The notes under the pieces were generated by a model. The model had not been told where the DNA came from. It saw nothing but the letters and a program-made list of their open reading frames with translations, and searched no databases. The translations under genes and the position numbers were made by a program. A stretch of 64,000 bases of DNA from a virus: IMG/VR virus record IMGVR_UViG_3300050821_012250, positions 1 to 64,000 of that record. The stretch is one strand, 5' to 3'. Position 1 is the first letter of the stretch. The number at the start of each line of letters is the position of its first letter. Below, in pieces: positions 50,253 through 60,634 of the stretch.

Positions 50253-51065
50253 ATGAAGATGAATCCGCTTTGTATTTATCACGGCGGTTGCGACGACGGT
50301 TTCGGCGCTGCCTACATCGTCAACAAGGCGCTGAATGGTGCCGTCGATCTTCACTACGGTATCTATCAGGCCGAGCCGCCTGACTGCACTGACCGCGAAG
50401 TATATGTGGTGGACTTCAGTTACAAGCGCGATGTCATGCAGCGTATTGCAACTCAGGCCAGATCTGTGACGGTTCTTGACCATCACAAGTCTGCAAAAGA
50501 AGACTTGGACGACCTGCTTGGCGCCCCTGGCGGTCTTATCGGACAATTCGACATGGAGCGTAGTGGTTCCGCTATGACGTGGGATTGGTTTTATCCGGGC
50601 CAATCGCGCCCATGGCTGATTGAGTACATCCAAGATAGGGACCTCTGGCGCAAACAATTGCCGGACTCTGACGCCGTGATCATGGCGCTCCGCTCCTATC
50701 CCCAGGATTTTGCAATGTGGGATCGGATCATCGCAAATGGTTCGGATGCGCTGATCACCGAAGGTCGTGCGATTCACCGCTATTACCGCACGATTGTGGA
50801 CTCGCTGAAAGCGAACGCGGTCATAGCAACCATTGCAGGTATGGAAGTTCCAGTAGTCAACGCTCCCTATCATTTTGCCTCGGAACTGGCCGGTGAGCTC
50901 GCGGAGGGTCACCCATTCGCGGCGTGCTATTGGAATCATGCCCACGGCACGACGTATTCCTTGCGCTCGCGCGATGGCGGAATAGATGTGTCACAGGTGG
51001 CGTTGCAATACGGTGGTGGTGGCCATCGAGGCGCTGCAGGATTCAAAGTCCCTACTCCGCTTTAA
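50253..51065 (+). CDS. DHH/DHHA1 phosphoesterase
   Basis: YH..CDDG, VVDFS, LDHH, QDRDLW, SLRS, GGGGHRGAAG. Confidence 0.9.
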   Translation: MKMNPLCIYHGGCDDGFGAAYIVNKALNGAVDLHYGIYQAEPPDCTDREVYVVDFSYKRDVMQRIATQARSVTVLDHHKSAKEDLDDLLGAPGGLIGQFDMERSGSAMTWDWFYPGQSRPWLIEYIQDRDLWRKQLPDSDAVIMALRSYPQDFAMWDRIIANGSDALITEGRAIHRYYRTIVDSLKANAVIATIAGMEVPVVNAPYHFASELAGELAEGHPFAACYWNHAHGTTYSLRSRDGGIDVSQVALQYGGGGHRGAAGFKVPTPL

Positions 51066-51650
51066 ATGGTGATTCGATGAACCCCGACGCCGACAAATCC
51101 CTCCTCGACGCCCTCCGCGAACGCGCCTGGAAACGCAACGCCGTGCGTATGGAGCAGAAGCAGAATACGCGCAATGGCTTTGTGGTCTGCAATGATCAGC
51201 TCGACAGCTGGAAGGCATATCAGCTCGCGGAGGCGCGTCTGACCGAGGCATTGATTCGGTGGGAAGCGGCTGAGGGTGTGCCGGATTGATTAAAATGAAA
51301 AAACAAAAACCTATTCGTGCCAAGAAAAACGCACGTCGAAAAGTAAGTCCCATTCCGCGGCAGCGTCCGTTGTCAGACACCGATTCCTGTCCCTATTTCG
51401 GGCTCTGGAAATTGTGGGGAAGGGTTTAAATGAAAGCTTGCTACGAATTCACAGTCATACTGCTTCGCATCTGGCTACTCGGTTCAATTATCGTCGGGAT
51501 AGCATCGATTTCGGATGTCGCCTTCCGCCGTCCCCGATCATTCTCACGCTTCTGCCATCAGATCTGGTTCGGCTGCATCTGGCCTCTCGCCATCTTGAGC
51601 GACAAAGGCCGACGCTTGTTTTTCTGGTATTAATTCAAAGGTTAAATACA

Positions 51651-52424
51651 ATGAAACTGAAAATCACAGCTCTCATGCTGCTTGTCATCACTCTCTCGGG
51701 TTGCGGCGTCCACACGGTTGAGACGGGGCATCGCGGTATCAAGGTCAGCTTTGGGCAGGTAGAGGGTGAGCCGCTCACAGAGGGACTTTATTTCACCGAT
51801 CCGTTCACGACCACCATTGAGCAAATGGATATTCGCACGTTGCGATGGGATGGAAAAGCCGCGACCCATACCAAGGATGTTCAATCGGCTACAATCACCT
51901 TCTCGCTGAACTATGCATTGCGTCCAGAGATGGTTGGAACCACTTACAAGACTGTGGGTGAAAATTGGGCCAATACCTTGGTAGAACCCGTAGTACTTCA
52001 GGATCTCAAAGACGAAATCGCAAAATGGGATGCTGTTGATTTAGTGGCCAGTCGCCAAATCGCATCTGATCATATTCAGGCTGCGGTGATGAGCGATCTT
52101 GGCAAAAAAGGCGTTACCGTTTCTGGATTTTTTCTCACCGATGTGGAGTTTTCTGGCGGATTCACCGCTTCCATTGAACGCAAGGTCATCGCAGCACAGG
52201 ATGCGTTGGCGGCGCAGAATAAGACTGAGCAAGTTAAACAAGAACAGGCGCAAGAATTGTTGCGTGCTCAGACTGCTGCTCAATCTATGAAGATCCGCGC
52301 CGATGCACTTTCGCAAAATCCCAAGCTTGTCGAATGGGAAGCGGTGCAGAAATGGAACGGTGTGTTGCCACAATATTCGATGGGCGGTACGTTGCCGTTT
52401 ATTCAAATGCCGGCGGCGCATTGA
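51651..52424 (+). CDS. SPFH/prohibitin-family lipoprotein
   Basis: Lipobox LSGC, VETGHRGI, IERKVIA..A..A, W.G.LP. Confidence 0.85.
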   Translation: MKLKITALMLLVITLSGCGVHTVETGHRGIKVSFGQVEGEPLTEGLYFTDPFTTTIEQMDIRTLRWDGKAATHTKDVQSATITFSLNYALRPEMVGTTYKTVGENWANTLVEPVVLQDLKDEIAKWDAVDLVASRQIASDHIQAAVMSDLGKKGVTVSGFFLTDVEFSGGFTASIERKVIAAQDALAAQNKTEQVKQEQAQELLRAQTAAQSMKIRADALSQNPKLVEWEAVQKWNGVLPQYSMGGTLPFIQMPAAH

Positions 52425-52425
52425 T

Positions 52426-53286
52426 ATGTATACCATCATTGATAGCGACAACTACGCCGCCGCCAGCATCGAAACGATGTTCTTTCCCGGTGGCGAGCCG
52501 CACGTAAAAGTGTCGGCTTCCATTTCGGGCGATGTGCTGCTATTTCTCAAATTGCGCACATGGGATGATGTTGGACTCGCCAGTTGCCTGCTCCATGCAT
52601 TCGCGAACATTGATTCGATCAAGAAACTTGAGGTCTTCATTCCTTATTTTCCTGCAGCGCGTCAGGATAAGGTCAAACGCAATGCGGAGAATGATCCCTA
52701 CTCATCATTGACAGTTGCGATCATGGGCGATTTATTGACCGGCGGTTGGAGCGCCACGGTATTCGATGTCCATTCTCCAGAAGCTTTCGAATGGGCTGAA
52801 ATCGGGCGCAATCTGATGCCTGAGGACTTGCCGATCGAAATTCAACCGGATGTCGTCGGCATCATCGCACCCGATGAAGGAGCGGCTGATCGCGCGGAGT
52901 CTTTCCGCAGAGCGTTTTATCCGCATGCGTCGCTTGTCCAATGTTCCAAGCGGCGCGATCCGACGACAGGGCGACTCTCAGGTTATGAGATGCCGAAGCT
53001 GCCAGCCATGGGTCGTTATATCATCGTGGATGACATTTGCGATGGCGGTGGCACATTCAATCTCCTGGTCGATGAGTTCATTGAGGACGAATTCGGACTC
53101 GGGAGTCAGCTGGAGCTCTTCGTGTCACACGGTATTTTCTCGAAGGGACTCGACAATATTTCGCCAGTGATTGAGCGTATTACGACGACCGACAGCTGGT
53201 GCAAATTGAAGCCGACTAGCCGATTGTCGATTATTCCGCTTCGTACGCTATTCGATAAAATCATGGGAGTAAATGCGGGTGCTTGA
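52426..53286 (+). CDS. Ribose-phosphate pyrophosphokinase-like protein (Adps candidate)
   Basis: FPGGE, PYFPAARQD, DVHS, APDEGA, IVDDICDGGGTF, VSHGIFS. Confidence 0.9.
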   Translation: MYTIIDSDNYAAASIETMFFPGGEPHVKVSASISGDVLLFLKLRTWDDVGLASCLLHAFANIDSIKKLEVFIPYFPAARQDKVKRNAENDPYSSLTVAIMGDLLTGGWSATVFDVHSPEAFEWAEIGRNLMPEDLPIEIQPDVVGIIAPDEGAADRAESFRRAFYPHASLVQCSKRRDPTTGRLSGYEMPKLPAMGRYIIVDDICDGGGTFNLLVDEFIEDEFGLGSQLELFVSHGIFSKGLDNISPVIERITTTDSWCKLKPTSRLSIIPLRTLFDKIMGVNAGA

Positions 53287-54751
53287 TTTCATCCAATGTA
53301 CCGATTTTTACAAGGTCGACCATCGCCGGCAAATGACTCCGGGCACAACCCGCATTCTGGAGAATTGGACGCCAAGGGCTTCCCGCATTTCCGGTGTTGA
53401 TTCAGCCGTATTCTTCGGACTTCGCGCACATCTGAAATATGATTTGACCGATCTGGCGAATCGAACATTCTTCAGCCGCTCGCGATCCGACGTATTGTAC
53501 GACTATCAAATGATGTTGGATAATTCTTTGGGTACGACAGAAATCGGGACAGAACACATCGGCGCCCTCCATGATCTTCAGTACTTGCCATTGGAATATT
53601 GCGCCATCCCAGAAGGCACATCTGTTCCATTGCGAGTCCCCCAATTCACGGTCGAAAACACCCATGATGATTTCGCGTGGGTCGCGGGTTATCTGGAAAC
53701 TCTGACTTCCTCGCGCGTCTGGCTGGCATGTCAAAGCGCTACGACGGCTAAGAGATATCGGAAGCTGTTGGATCATTATGCCAAAGTAACCGGTGGGCCT
53801 GCGGAATTCGTCGATTGGCAAGGACATGATTTCAGTTTCCGCGGTATGGGAAGTCCCGAAGCGGCTGCATTTTCAGGTGCTGGCCATTTATTGAGTTTCA
53901 CCGGCACTGACACGATTCCGGCAATCAAGCTTTTGCACGATGCTTATGATGGCGACGGATTGATCGGTGGTTCAGTAGCTGCCACAGAGCATATGGTCAT
54001 GTGCCTCGGCGGCAAAGAAGATGAAATACAAACATTCGATCGCCTCCTCAACCTCTATCCGAAAGGAATTGTTTCTGTCGTCTCCGACACGTGGGATCTC
54101 TGGAAAGTTATAACGGAAACACTTCCGGCGCTGAAAGACAAAATAATGGTCCGGGATGGAAAACTCGTGATCCGTCCTGACAGCGGTGATCCGGTATTGA
54201 TTTTGACCGGGGACGCGACCAAGAGTGGACCCGCGCGCAAAGGAGTAATCGAACTTCTATGGGATCTTTTCGGTGGCACCATCAATGCGCTCGGATTTAA
54301 ACAGCTCGATTCGCATATCGGTGCGATTTACGGCGATTCCATCACTGAGGCACGTGCGCTTCAAATATGCGATCGATTGATGGATAAGGGATTTGCTTCG
54401 ACCAACGTTGTCTTGGGAATAGGCTCGTATAACTACCAATATGTCACCCGCGATACCAGCGGTTATGCAATGAAAGCAACCTGGGCTCTCGTAAATGGAG
54501 AAGAGCGCTTTCTATTCAAAGATCCAATCACAGATGATGGGACGAAACGATCCGCGCGCGGTCGATTGGCTGTCGTGGATCATCGAACTCGTGGGGGCGC
54601 CATTGAACTCATCGATGGTCTTTCATTAGAAGAATGGAAAAACTTTTCAATAATGACCGGCTTTGAAAATATGCTTGTGCCAGTCTGGCGCAACGGCCGA
54701 TTTCTACGACGCGAAACGCTGCCTGAAATTCGCGCCAGAGTTAGAGCATGA
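53273..54751 (+). CDS. Nicotinamide phosphoribosyltransferase-like protein (Namat candidate)
   Basis: TDFYKVDH, HDFSFRG, FTGTD, ATEH, SVVSDTWD, IRPDSGDP, IYGDSI. Confidence 0.92.
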   Translation: MRVLDFIQCTDFYKVDHRRQMTPGTTRILENWTPRASRISGVDSAVFFGLRAHLKYDLTDLANRTFFSRSRSDVLYDYQMMLDNSLGTTEIGTEHIGALHDLQYLPLEYCAIPEGTSVPLRVPQFTVENTHDDFAWVAGYLETLTSSRVWLACQSATTAKRYRKLLDHYAKVTGGPAEFVDWQGHDFSFRGMGSPEAAAFSGAGHLLSFTGTDTIPAIKLLHDAYDGDGLIGGSVAATEHMVMCLGGKEDEIQTFDRLLNLYPKGIVSVVSDTWDLWKVITETLPALKDKIMVRDGKLVIRPDSGDPVLILTGDATKSGPARKGVIELLWDLFGGTINALGFKQLDSHIGAIYGDSITEARALQICDRLMDKGFASTNVVLGIGSYNYQYVTRDTSGYAMKATWALVNGEERFLFKDPITDDGTKRSARGRLAVVDHRTRGGAIELIDGLSLEEWKNFSIMTGFENMLVPVWRNGRFLRRETLPEIRARVRA

Positions 54752-54969
54752 AACGGATCTCATTTTTTATTCTGACATCGACGATGTTATTGACCTCGAC
54801 ACTCAATACGCCGGTTGATCTGAGGACATTGATGATGGCGGCCAATCCACCGATCACATTCAGCTATCGACCACCGCTTGAGGGTACTCTCACGCCTTGC
54901 AAATGAATTGCGTCGTATAATTTTGCTTACTAGTCTTCGCACACGATTTCAATCAACGGATCACTTTTC

Positions 54970-55824
54970 ATGAATGACAAACAAGTCGCCATCCATCAGC
55001 AAGACCCCACAGCGCAACGTGTCGCATCCTACCCGTCGCCAGCGTCCTACAGCTTCGAGCAGATCCAGCGCATGGCCGGTGCGTTCGCGAAGTCGGGACT
55101 CTTCGGCGTCAAGGATGAGAATCAGGCACTGAGCTTGATGCTTTACGCCCAGGCCACGGGCAAACATCCCGCGCTGATCATGCGGGATTACGACGTGATC
55201 CAAGGCCGTCTCGCCAAAAAATCAGAAGTGATGTTGCGCGACTATCAGGCATCCGGCGGCAGTGTGGAATGGACCAAGTACGCCGATGATGGTGTGATCG
55301 GCATTTTCCGCCATCCGCTGGCGCCTCGGCCGCTGGAGGTCAGCTGGGATTTGGACCGCGCAACCAAGGCCGGTCTCGTTGCCAAGGATGGCAGTATGTA
55401 CAAGAAGTATCCGCGCGCCATGTTCCGCTCGCGTGTGATTTCAGAAGGCGTGCGCGCTACGGCTCCCGATGTCACGGAGCAGATGCATACGCCCGAAGAG
55501 GTACGGGCGATTGAGCAGGAACAGGAGCCGATGTCGGTCACGGTGGCCGTCGCGGAGACGGTCAAGGAATCCCGCAACGCCTTACCGCCTGAGGAGGTCG
55601 AGGTGCTGTTGAAGTCCCTGGAGGTGGCGACAGTGGCCGAACTCACTCCAGCGTTCGGCCGGGCCTATACGCGCGCCAAGGAGGCCAAGGACGAGGTTAC
55701 CAAGCAAAAGCTCAAGGCGCGGTACGACGAGCGCAAGGATGAGATCGCGGCGGAGATCGCCCAGAAGGAGGTTGAAGCGGCGGCGGAACGGGCAGCGATT
55801 GAGGGGGAGGGAAAGCCATCATGA
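54970..55824 (+). CDS. RecT/Bet-like single-strand annealing protein
   Basis: VIQGR, AGL..YKKYPRAMFRSR..PD..TPEE. Confidence 0.75.
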   Translation: MNDKQVAIHQQDPTAQRVASYPSPASYSFEQIQRMAGAFAKSGLFGVKDENQALSLMLYAQATGKHPALIMRDYDVIQGRLAKKSEVMLRDYQASGGSVEWTKYADDGVIGIFRHPLAPRPLEVSWDLDRATKAGLVAKDGSMYKKYPRAMFRSRVISEGVRATAPDVTEQMHTPEEVRAIEQEQEPMSVTVAVAETVKESRNALPPEEVEVLLKSLEVATVAELTPAFGRAYTRAKEAKDEVTKQKLKARYDERKDEIAAEIAQKEVEAAAERAAIEGEGKPS

Positions 55825-56089
55825 TTCTGAAACAGCTCAGTATTTTTCGCAAAAGCTCATGGGACGAGAAGTGCGATAGTCCACTCGTGGGTAACATTGA
55901 ATTCAAGAACGATTTGGGTTCAATTAAACTGGATCTCTCCGAAGAGATGGCGCAAAAGATTCTGGCGGTCGTGGCGGAAGGAGTTGTTGAATCGGCGAAG
56001 GAAGTAGCCAAGAAATTGACTTCGAATCTACTGATGCAGAGTGCGCCCGCGTTAGAACATCGGAATGCGATCAGCGCCGAGATCCAGCC

Positions 56090-56593
56090 ATGACCCGTCT
56101 CTTCGAACTCGCTCAAGAATACCGCGCGTTATCCGAGCTCGAGTCCTCGGACGATCTGCCGCCTGAAGTCATCGCGGACACGCTGGAAGGGCTCCAAGGG
56201 GAATTCCAGGACAAGGCTGCCGCAGTCGCGAAGTTCATCCTCTCGCTCGAGGCCGACGCGGCTGCGATCAAAGCCGTGGCCGAGGCGCAGGCCAATCGCG
56301 CAGCACGACTGCAGAAGCGGGCGGAATCGATCCGGCAGTATCTTCTCCTGCAGTTTCTCTTCGCAGGCTTCGACAAAAAAATCGAAACGCCGGAAATCCG
56401 TATCGCGCGACGCACGAATCCTGAGGCGGTGAACGTGATCGACGAGAACCTGGTGCCGGCGCAATATTGGCGACAGCCGCCTCCACCGCCGAAACAGCTC
56501 GATAAGATCGCGATCAAGGCAGCGATCGACGGGGGCGTGAAAGTGGAGGGATGTTATTTGGCTGCGGGTGAACGGATCGATATCAGGATCTAG
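56090..56593 (+). CDS. Gp157-family protein
   Basis: LFELAQEY..DTLEG..K; VIDENLVP..LDKIAIKAAI.GVKVEG. Confidence 0.85.
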   Translation: MTRLFELAQEYRALSELESSDDLPPEVIADTLEGLQGEFQDKAAAVAKFILSLEADAAAIKAVAEAQANRAARLQKRAESIRQYLLLQFLFAGFDKKIETPEIRIARRTNPEAVNVIDENLVPAQYWRQPPPPPKQLDKIAIKAAIDGGVKVEGCYLAAGERIDIRI

Positions 56594-57001
56594 ATGCGTG
56601 TTTTCGGCGGATGCGACCCCCGCGTCTGCAAATGTTCTACTCGACTATTTTCGACTGTCAACCGGCATCACCTCCTTTGTTTGCTGAACCACTGATCCAC
56701 ACCCGAATCACTCCATAATTTGCGATTGCATTGATCAGCGTGTCGCAGTCTTCACGCACATCCATTAAGGATGTTCCAGCGCGAACCCCTTTCAGAAATG
56801 GCAGCGCGATTTCCGTCAGAACCGCTTCGCGTCCGTATTCTTCTTCAATGGCGCGCTTCATGCCAACACTCAATGACTTACCATGCGGCGGCTTATAAAT
56901 TTCCCAAAAAAGATTTGTGCTCATTTCAATGGTCGAATTCCGGTGTTGTTTGCGAAGGTTGTGAACTGGCGGTGAGGGATAAATAATTTGACAGCCCTCG
57001 G

Positions 57002-57823
57002 TCAATCTGTCGGCGCTTTAAAATCATCAGATACATGCCATTCGATCATTTGATGGAATGGAGGTTGTTTTGTTAAACATGACATAATATCTGTCATGAA
57101 TGGGGCACGAGTTTTCGAATCAACCCCCTGACGTACCTTTCTACTCTGAGACATTTCGCTGACTATTAAACCTGCCGCTTGAAGAGGTATTTCTCTGTCC
57201 GCATTTGCAATGACACAATATTCCATTGATGGATGGTTTTTTTGAAGAGTCTGAAAAAGTTTCTGAATATGCGTTTCGGGTAATTCAGAGCGCATAGAGA
57301 ACATAAGCGAAATCTTTTCTGGGAGATCGATCAAACCGCTTATTTTTTCCGATCTTTTCAAAATTGTTTCAATAGCTTCCATGTAGGAAGTGCGGACGAG
57401 TTCTTTGTCTGAGACTACAGGCACCGAAGCACAAAGATAGTGAACTTCATGCACACAGATGATCGTAGCCAAATCCTTCAACAATAAATTGAGTTGGGTC
57501 AAATCCCATCCATAAAATGGATCGCCCTCCTTTGCGGCTCCGGTACAAGCCTGCTTAAATTGCTGATGATCAAACCGAGCAATCGGAGTTGGATTGCGCA
57601 TACTCTGAAGTCTTTCGTCCCAAAGAACCTTGATTTTCTGCCAAGTTTCGCAGGTCGCGACTCCTCCGCCAACTATGTATCTATGAGGTTGAATGGAGGC
57701 AGCGCTACTGTCTAAATATGCCCATAACATATAGATGCGAGTTTCCGGCTCCCATCCCAAAGCATTAATTAGTTGTACAAAATAATCGTTGGACAGCGAG
57801 ATGGAACTAGCTTGGGGAGTCAT
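57002..57823 (-). CDS. DUF3800-like (RNase H-like) moron protein
   Basis: AYLDSS, PLQAA..I; AT-rich cassette on the opposite strand. Confidence 0.45.
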   Translation of the reverse strand: MTPQASSISLSNDYFVQLINALGWEPETRIYMLWAYLDSSAASIQPHRYIVGGGVATCETWQKIKVLWDERLQSMRNPTPIARFDHQQFKQACTGAAKEGDPFYGWDLTQLNLLLKDLATIICVHEVHYLCASVPVVSDKELVRTSYMEAIETILKRSEKISGLIDLPEKISLMFSMRSELPETHIQKLFQTLQKNHPSMEYCVIANADREIPLQAAGLIVSEMSQSRKVRQGVDSKTRAPFMTDIMSCLTKQPPFHQMIEWHVSDDFKAPTD

Positions 57824-57880
57824 CTTACGCCTCCGCCATTAATTTGGGTACGGGAAGTATAATATCTGGCTTCAAATCAT

Positions 57881-58150
57881 TTACCATTCAACGATCCTCC
57901 GCAAAAGATTCTGAGGGTCTATTTCAATCGCCGCAGCAATCGCCATGAAGTCCTGGAAACGCACCCGCGCACGGCCGCTTTCGATGTTGGCAACCATATT
58001 GCGCGTCCAGCCGCATTTTTCGGCCACGGCTTGCTGCGAGAGACCGACTTCCTGACGTGAGGCGCGGAGCACAATGGTAGCCCGGCGCCCCCAGTCGGTT
58101 TCGATGCGGCGACTGGAGTGTATTGACTGAATCGGTTGAGGATTATTCAT
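57881..58150 (-). CDS. XRE-family HTH regulator
   Basis: GLSQQAVAEKCGWTRNMVANIESGR. Confidence 0.85.
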   Translation of the reverse strand: MNNPQPIQSIHSSRRIETDWGRRATIVLRASRQEVGLSQQAVAEKCGWTRNMVANIESGRARVRFQDFMAIAAAIEIDPQNLLRRIVEW

Positions 58151-58178
58151 GTAAATACACTATAACGTTTTATCTTAT

Positions 58179-58412
58179 TCATAAATCCGCCACAAGCTTT
58201 TCCAGGGCAATCCCGGTACGCTCCGCAATCAGCTTCAGGTTCTCCGCTGAAGGGGATCTCCGTCCGTTTATCCAATGATTCAAATGCCCCGGACTGACGC
58301 CGATCCGTTTGGCGAGATTAATCTGGGACAGACCCGTGACTTTCATGTATTCATTGAGTACTTGCATGGAAACGTATATAGCATACAAACAAACAAATAC
58401 ACAATACCACAT
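58179..58412 (-). CDS. Cro/CI-like HTH regulator
   Basis: SQINLAKRIGVSPGHLNHWINGRRSPS; probable start at MQVLNE. Confidence 0.85.
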   Translation of the reverse strand: MWYCVFVCLYAIYVSMQVLNEYMKVTGLSQINLAKRIGVSPGHLNHWINGRRSPSAENLKLIAERTGIALEKLVADL

Positions 58413-58639
58413 GGAAATAAATGCTTGACGAAGTCGTGCCGCCTATGCTCTCATAGGCTCACTTCAATAAAGCACCTTGGAAAAATTGGAATGAGGCTTT
58501 CTCTTCGCGTGAACCCCACCGCCTTCGCCGACCGTCGCACGGCCGAGCAGAGGCGGCATTCGGATTCGATTGTCGAGAAACGCTGGAGGTGGCGCGTAGC
58601 GAGAAATGAGGCGAAACGCCGTGCTGAAAAATCGCGATA

Positions 58640-58873
58640 ATGCGCATGCTCACACCAGAACTCGTCCATCAGATCCGCACGGCAAGGCTCACGGATACGG
58701 AATGGAGCAGGCGCCTAGATGTGTCGGTCAGGACGATACGGGATGCACGGGTGGGGAATACGTGGCCGAGCGTTGCGACGCCGCCGGATATCAGGATTCG
58801 GGTCGGAAATGGACGTGGACAGAAGGCGGCTGCGAATCTGACGCGAGAGCGGTGGAGTTATTTCCGTGAGTGA
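58640..58873 (+). CDS. Small HTH-like protein
   Basis: LTPELVHQIR..LDVSVRTI..W resembles the C-terminal repeats of HNH 12479. Confidence 0.55.
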   Translation: MRMLTPELVHQIRTARLTDTEWSRRLDVSVRTIRDARVGNTWPSVATPPDIRIRVGNGRGQKAAANLTRERWSYFRE

Positions 58874-59423
58874 TGACATTCTGGCCGATGAGCGCCTCAA
58901 ACGTGATACGTGGGGACGGCTCACGGAAGCTCAGTACAACGAGCACTGGCTCGCTCGCGTGCGGGAAAAGTCCGTCGTGACCGAATCCGGCTGCCTCGTG
59001 TGGCAAGGATTTCTGCAGACCAAGGGATACGGCGGAACGACTTACCGAGGGCGCAACGTCGCCATTCATCGGCAAGCCTTCAAGATCCTAAAGAAGGCCG
59101 ACTTGCGCACGGAGGATTTCGTCTGCCACACCTGCGATACGCGCGCGTGCTGGAACATCGATCATCTTTGGCTGGGGAAGCCAGCCGATAACTCCCTCGA
59201 CATGGTCAAGAAGGGCCGCTGTCATGAGTGGACGCGAACGCATTGCCCTAAGGGGCATCCCTACGACGAAGAGAACACGATCCACCGAATAGCGAAGTCC
59301 GGCCGCCCAGCTCGTGGCTGCAAAGCCTGCCTCAAACTGACACATCAAACGCCTTCCTATATCGAATGGCGGCGCAATTACCAACGCAGACGACGCGCTG
59401 AAAAACGCGGAGCGAGTCAATGA
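58866..59423 (+). CDS. HNH endonuclease
   Basis: GCLVWQG..GYG..HR..VCHTCDTRACWNIDHLWLG..DN..DM..KGR, followed by THCPKGH..C..C. Confidence 0.9.
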   Translation: MSDDILADERLKRDTWGRLTEAQYNEHWLARVREKSVVTESGCLVWQGFLQTKGYGGTTYRGRNVAIHRQAFKILKKADLRTEDFVCHTCDTRACWNIDHLWLGKPADNSLDMVKKGRCHEWTRTHCPKGHPYDEENTIHRIAKSGRPARGCKACLKLTHQTPSYIEWRRNYQRRRRAEKRGASQ

Positions 59424-59610
59424 ACGAGAAATACGCAGTTCCCACTGATGAGCGTCTCATTCTAGACGGGGCTGCCGAATGTCAATTCGACAGGGACGGT
59501 GACTTGGAGATCGATATCTCTCCGGGAACCGGGAGTGACAGATGGGAAGGAATTTACCTGAGTCGCGAATACGTCCTGAGGTTGCGAGACTGGCTTAACG
59601 AGAAACTCCC

Positions 59611-59865
59611 ATGACCGAAGCTCACCAGACCGAAGAACAACAGTTAAAGGCATGCCCGTTCTGTCAATCGGCTTTGGCACCCGAAGCCCTTTCGGAGCAT
59701 GAGATGGAAGATCTTGGCGATTGTGACTGCGACTGCCATGCCAACGCCCACCAGAACTTTGCGGTCTGCTGTTGTGCGAATTCTGGCGGATGCGGCGCGA
59801 TCGGCGGATTCGAAATAAGCAAGCGAGCGGCCATCAAAAAATGGAACGCGAGAGGTGCAACATGA
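59611..59865 (+). CDS. Lar-like (restriction alleviation) Zn protein
   Basis: LKACPFC...AIKKWNAR. Confidence 0.6.
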   Translation: MTEAHQTEEQQLKACPFCQSALAPEALSEHEMEDLGDCDCDCHANAHQNFAVCCCANSGGCGAIGGFEISKRAAIKKWNARGAT

Positions 59866-60070
59866 CTGCAGATCGGCCAAGCGTTGAAGACATGCTCGCC
59901 CAAGCGCGATTGTGGCCACGTGATGGGTTTGGCGAAGGTCTCTGGTTCCACGCCATGGCCGATGAGATCGAAAGGGCGCATGCCGACTTGGATCTATTAG
60001 CGCGCTCCGGCTGTCGTGTCCGTGAATACAACGGGCGCCGCTTTGTCGAGATCGTATCGGATGTACAGCC

Positions 60071-60634
60071 ATGACAGACACTAACCGTTCATCGGAACAG
60101 CGGGTACTGCCGTTGATCGCACGCCGTGCGGCGGTTATCAGCCCATGCGAGCTATATCGGTACACCCTGGAGCGCCAGTTCGGGGATTACGAGGACGGCG
60201 CTCCGTATGATGGTGTCGGTTCGATCATGTTCGTCATGCTCAATCCAAGTACCGCCGATGCGGACAAGGACGACCCGACGATTCGGCGTTGTCTGGGATT
60301 CGCGCATCGCTTTAATTTCCGAGAGTTGCTGGTTGCCAATATTTACTCACTGCGCGCGACCAATCCCGAGGACCTGTGGGATTCGTTAGAGGCCGGCATC
60401 AAGATCAGAGGCCCTGAGCACGAATACTACTTCGCGGGGCTGGCTTTCCGCGCCCACCGCGTTGTGATGGCTTTCGGCAACCATGCGGCATCTCCAGATC
60501 GGCGTCTGGCCGAGAAGCTTCTACTGGATAACTTCAAGGGAGATCCGTGCTGCCTCAAAAGGAACAAGGATGGCAGTCCCGGACATCCTCTGTATCTCCC
60601 GGCGAACTCCCAATTCGTAAGGTATGGCGCATGA
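60071..60634 (+). CDS. DUF1643 protein
   Basis: YRYTL, MLNPSTAD..DDPTIRRC, HPLY. Confidence 0.85.
   Translation: MTDTNRSSEQRVLPLIARRAAVISPCELYRYTLERQFGDYEDGAPYDGVGSIMFVMLNPSTADADKDDPTIRRCLGFAHRFNFRELLVANIYSLRATNPEDLWDSLEAGIKIRGPEHEYYFAGLAFRAHRVVMAFGNHAASPDRRLAEKLLLDNFKGDPCCLKRNKDGSPGHPLYLPANSQFVRYGA

Noticed and set aside
58425-58449. TTGACG...TATGCT sigma70 promoter
   Set aside because: The spacer is only 13 nt
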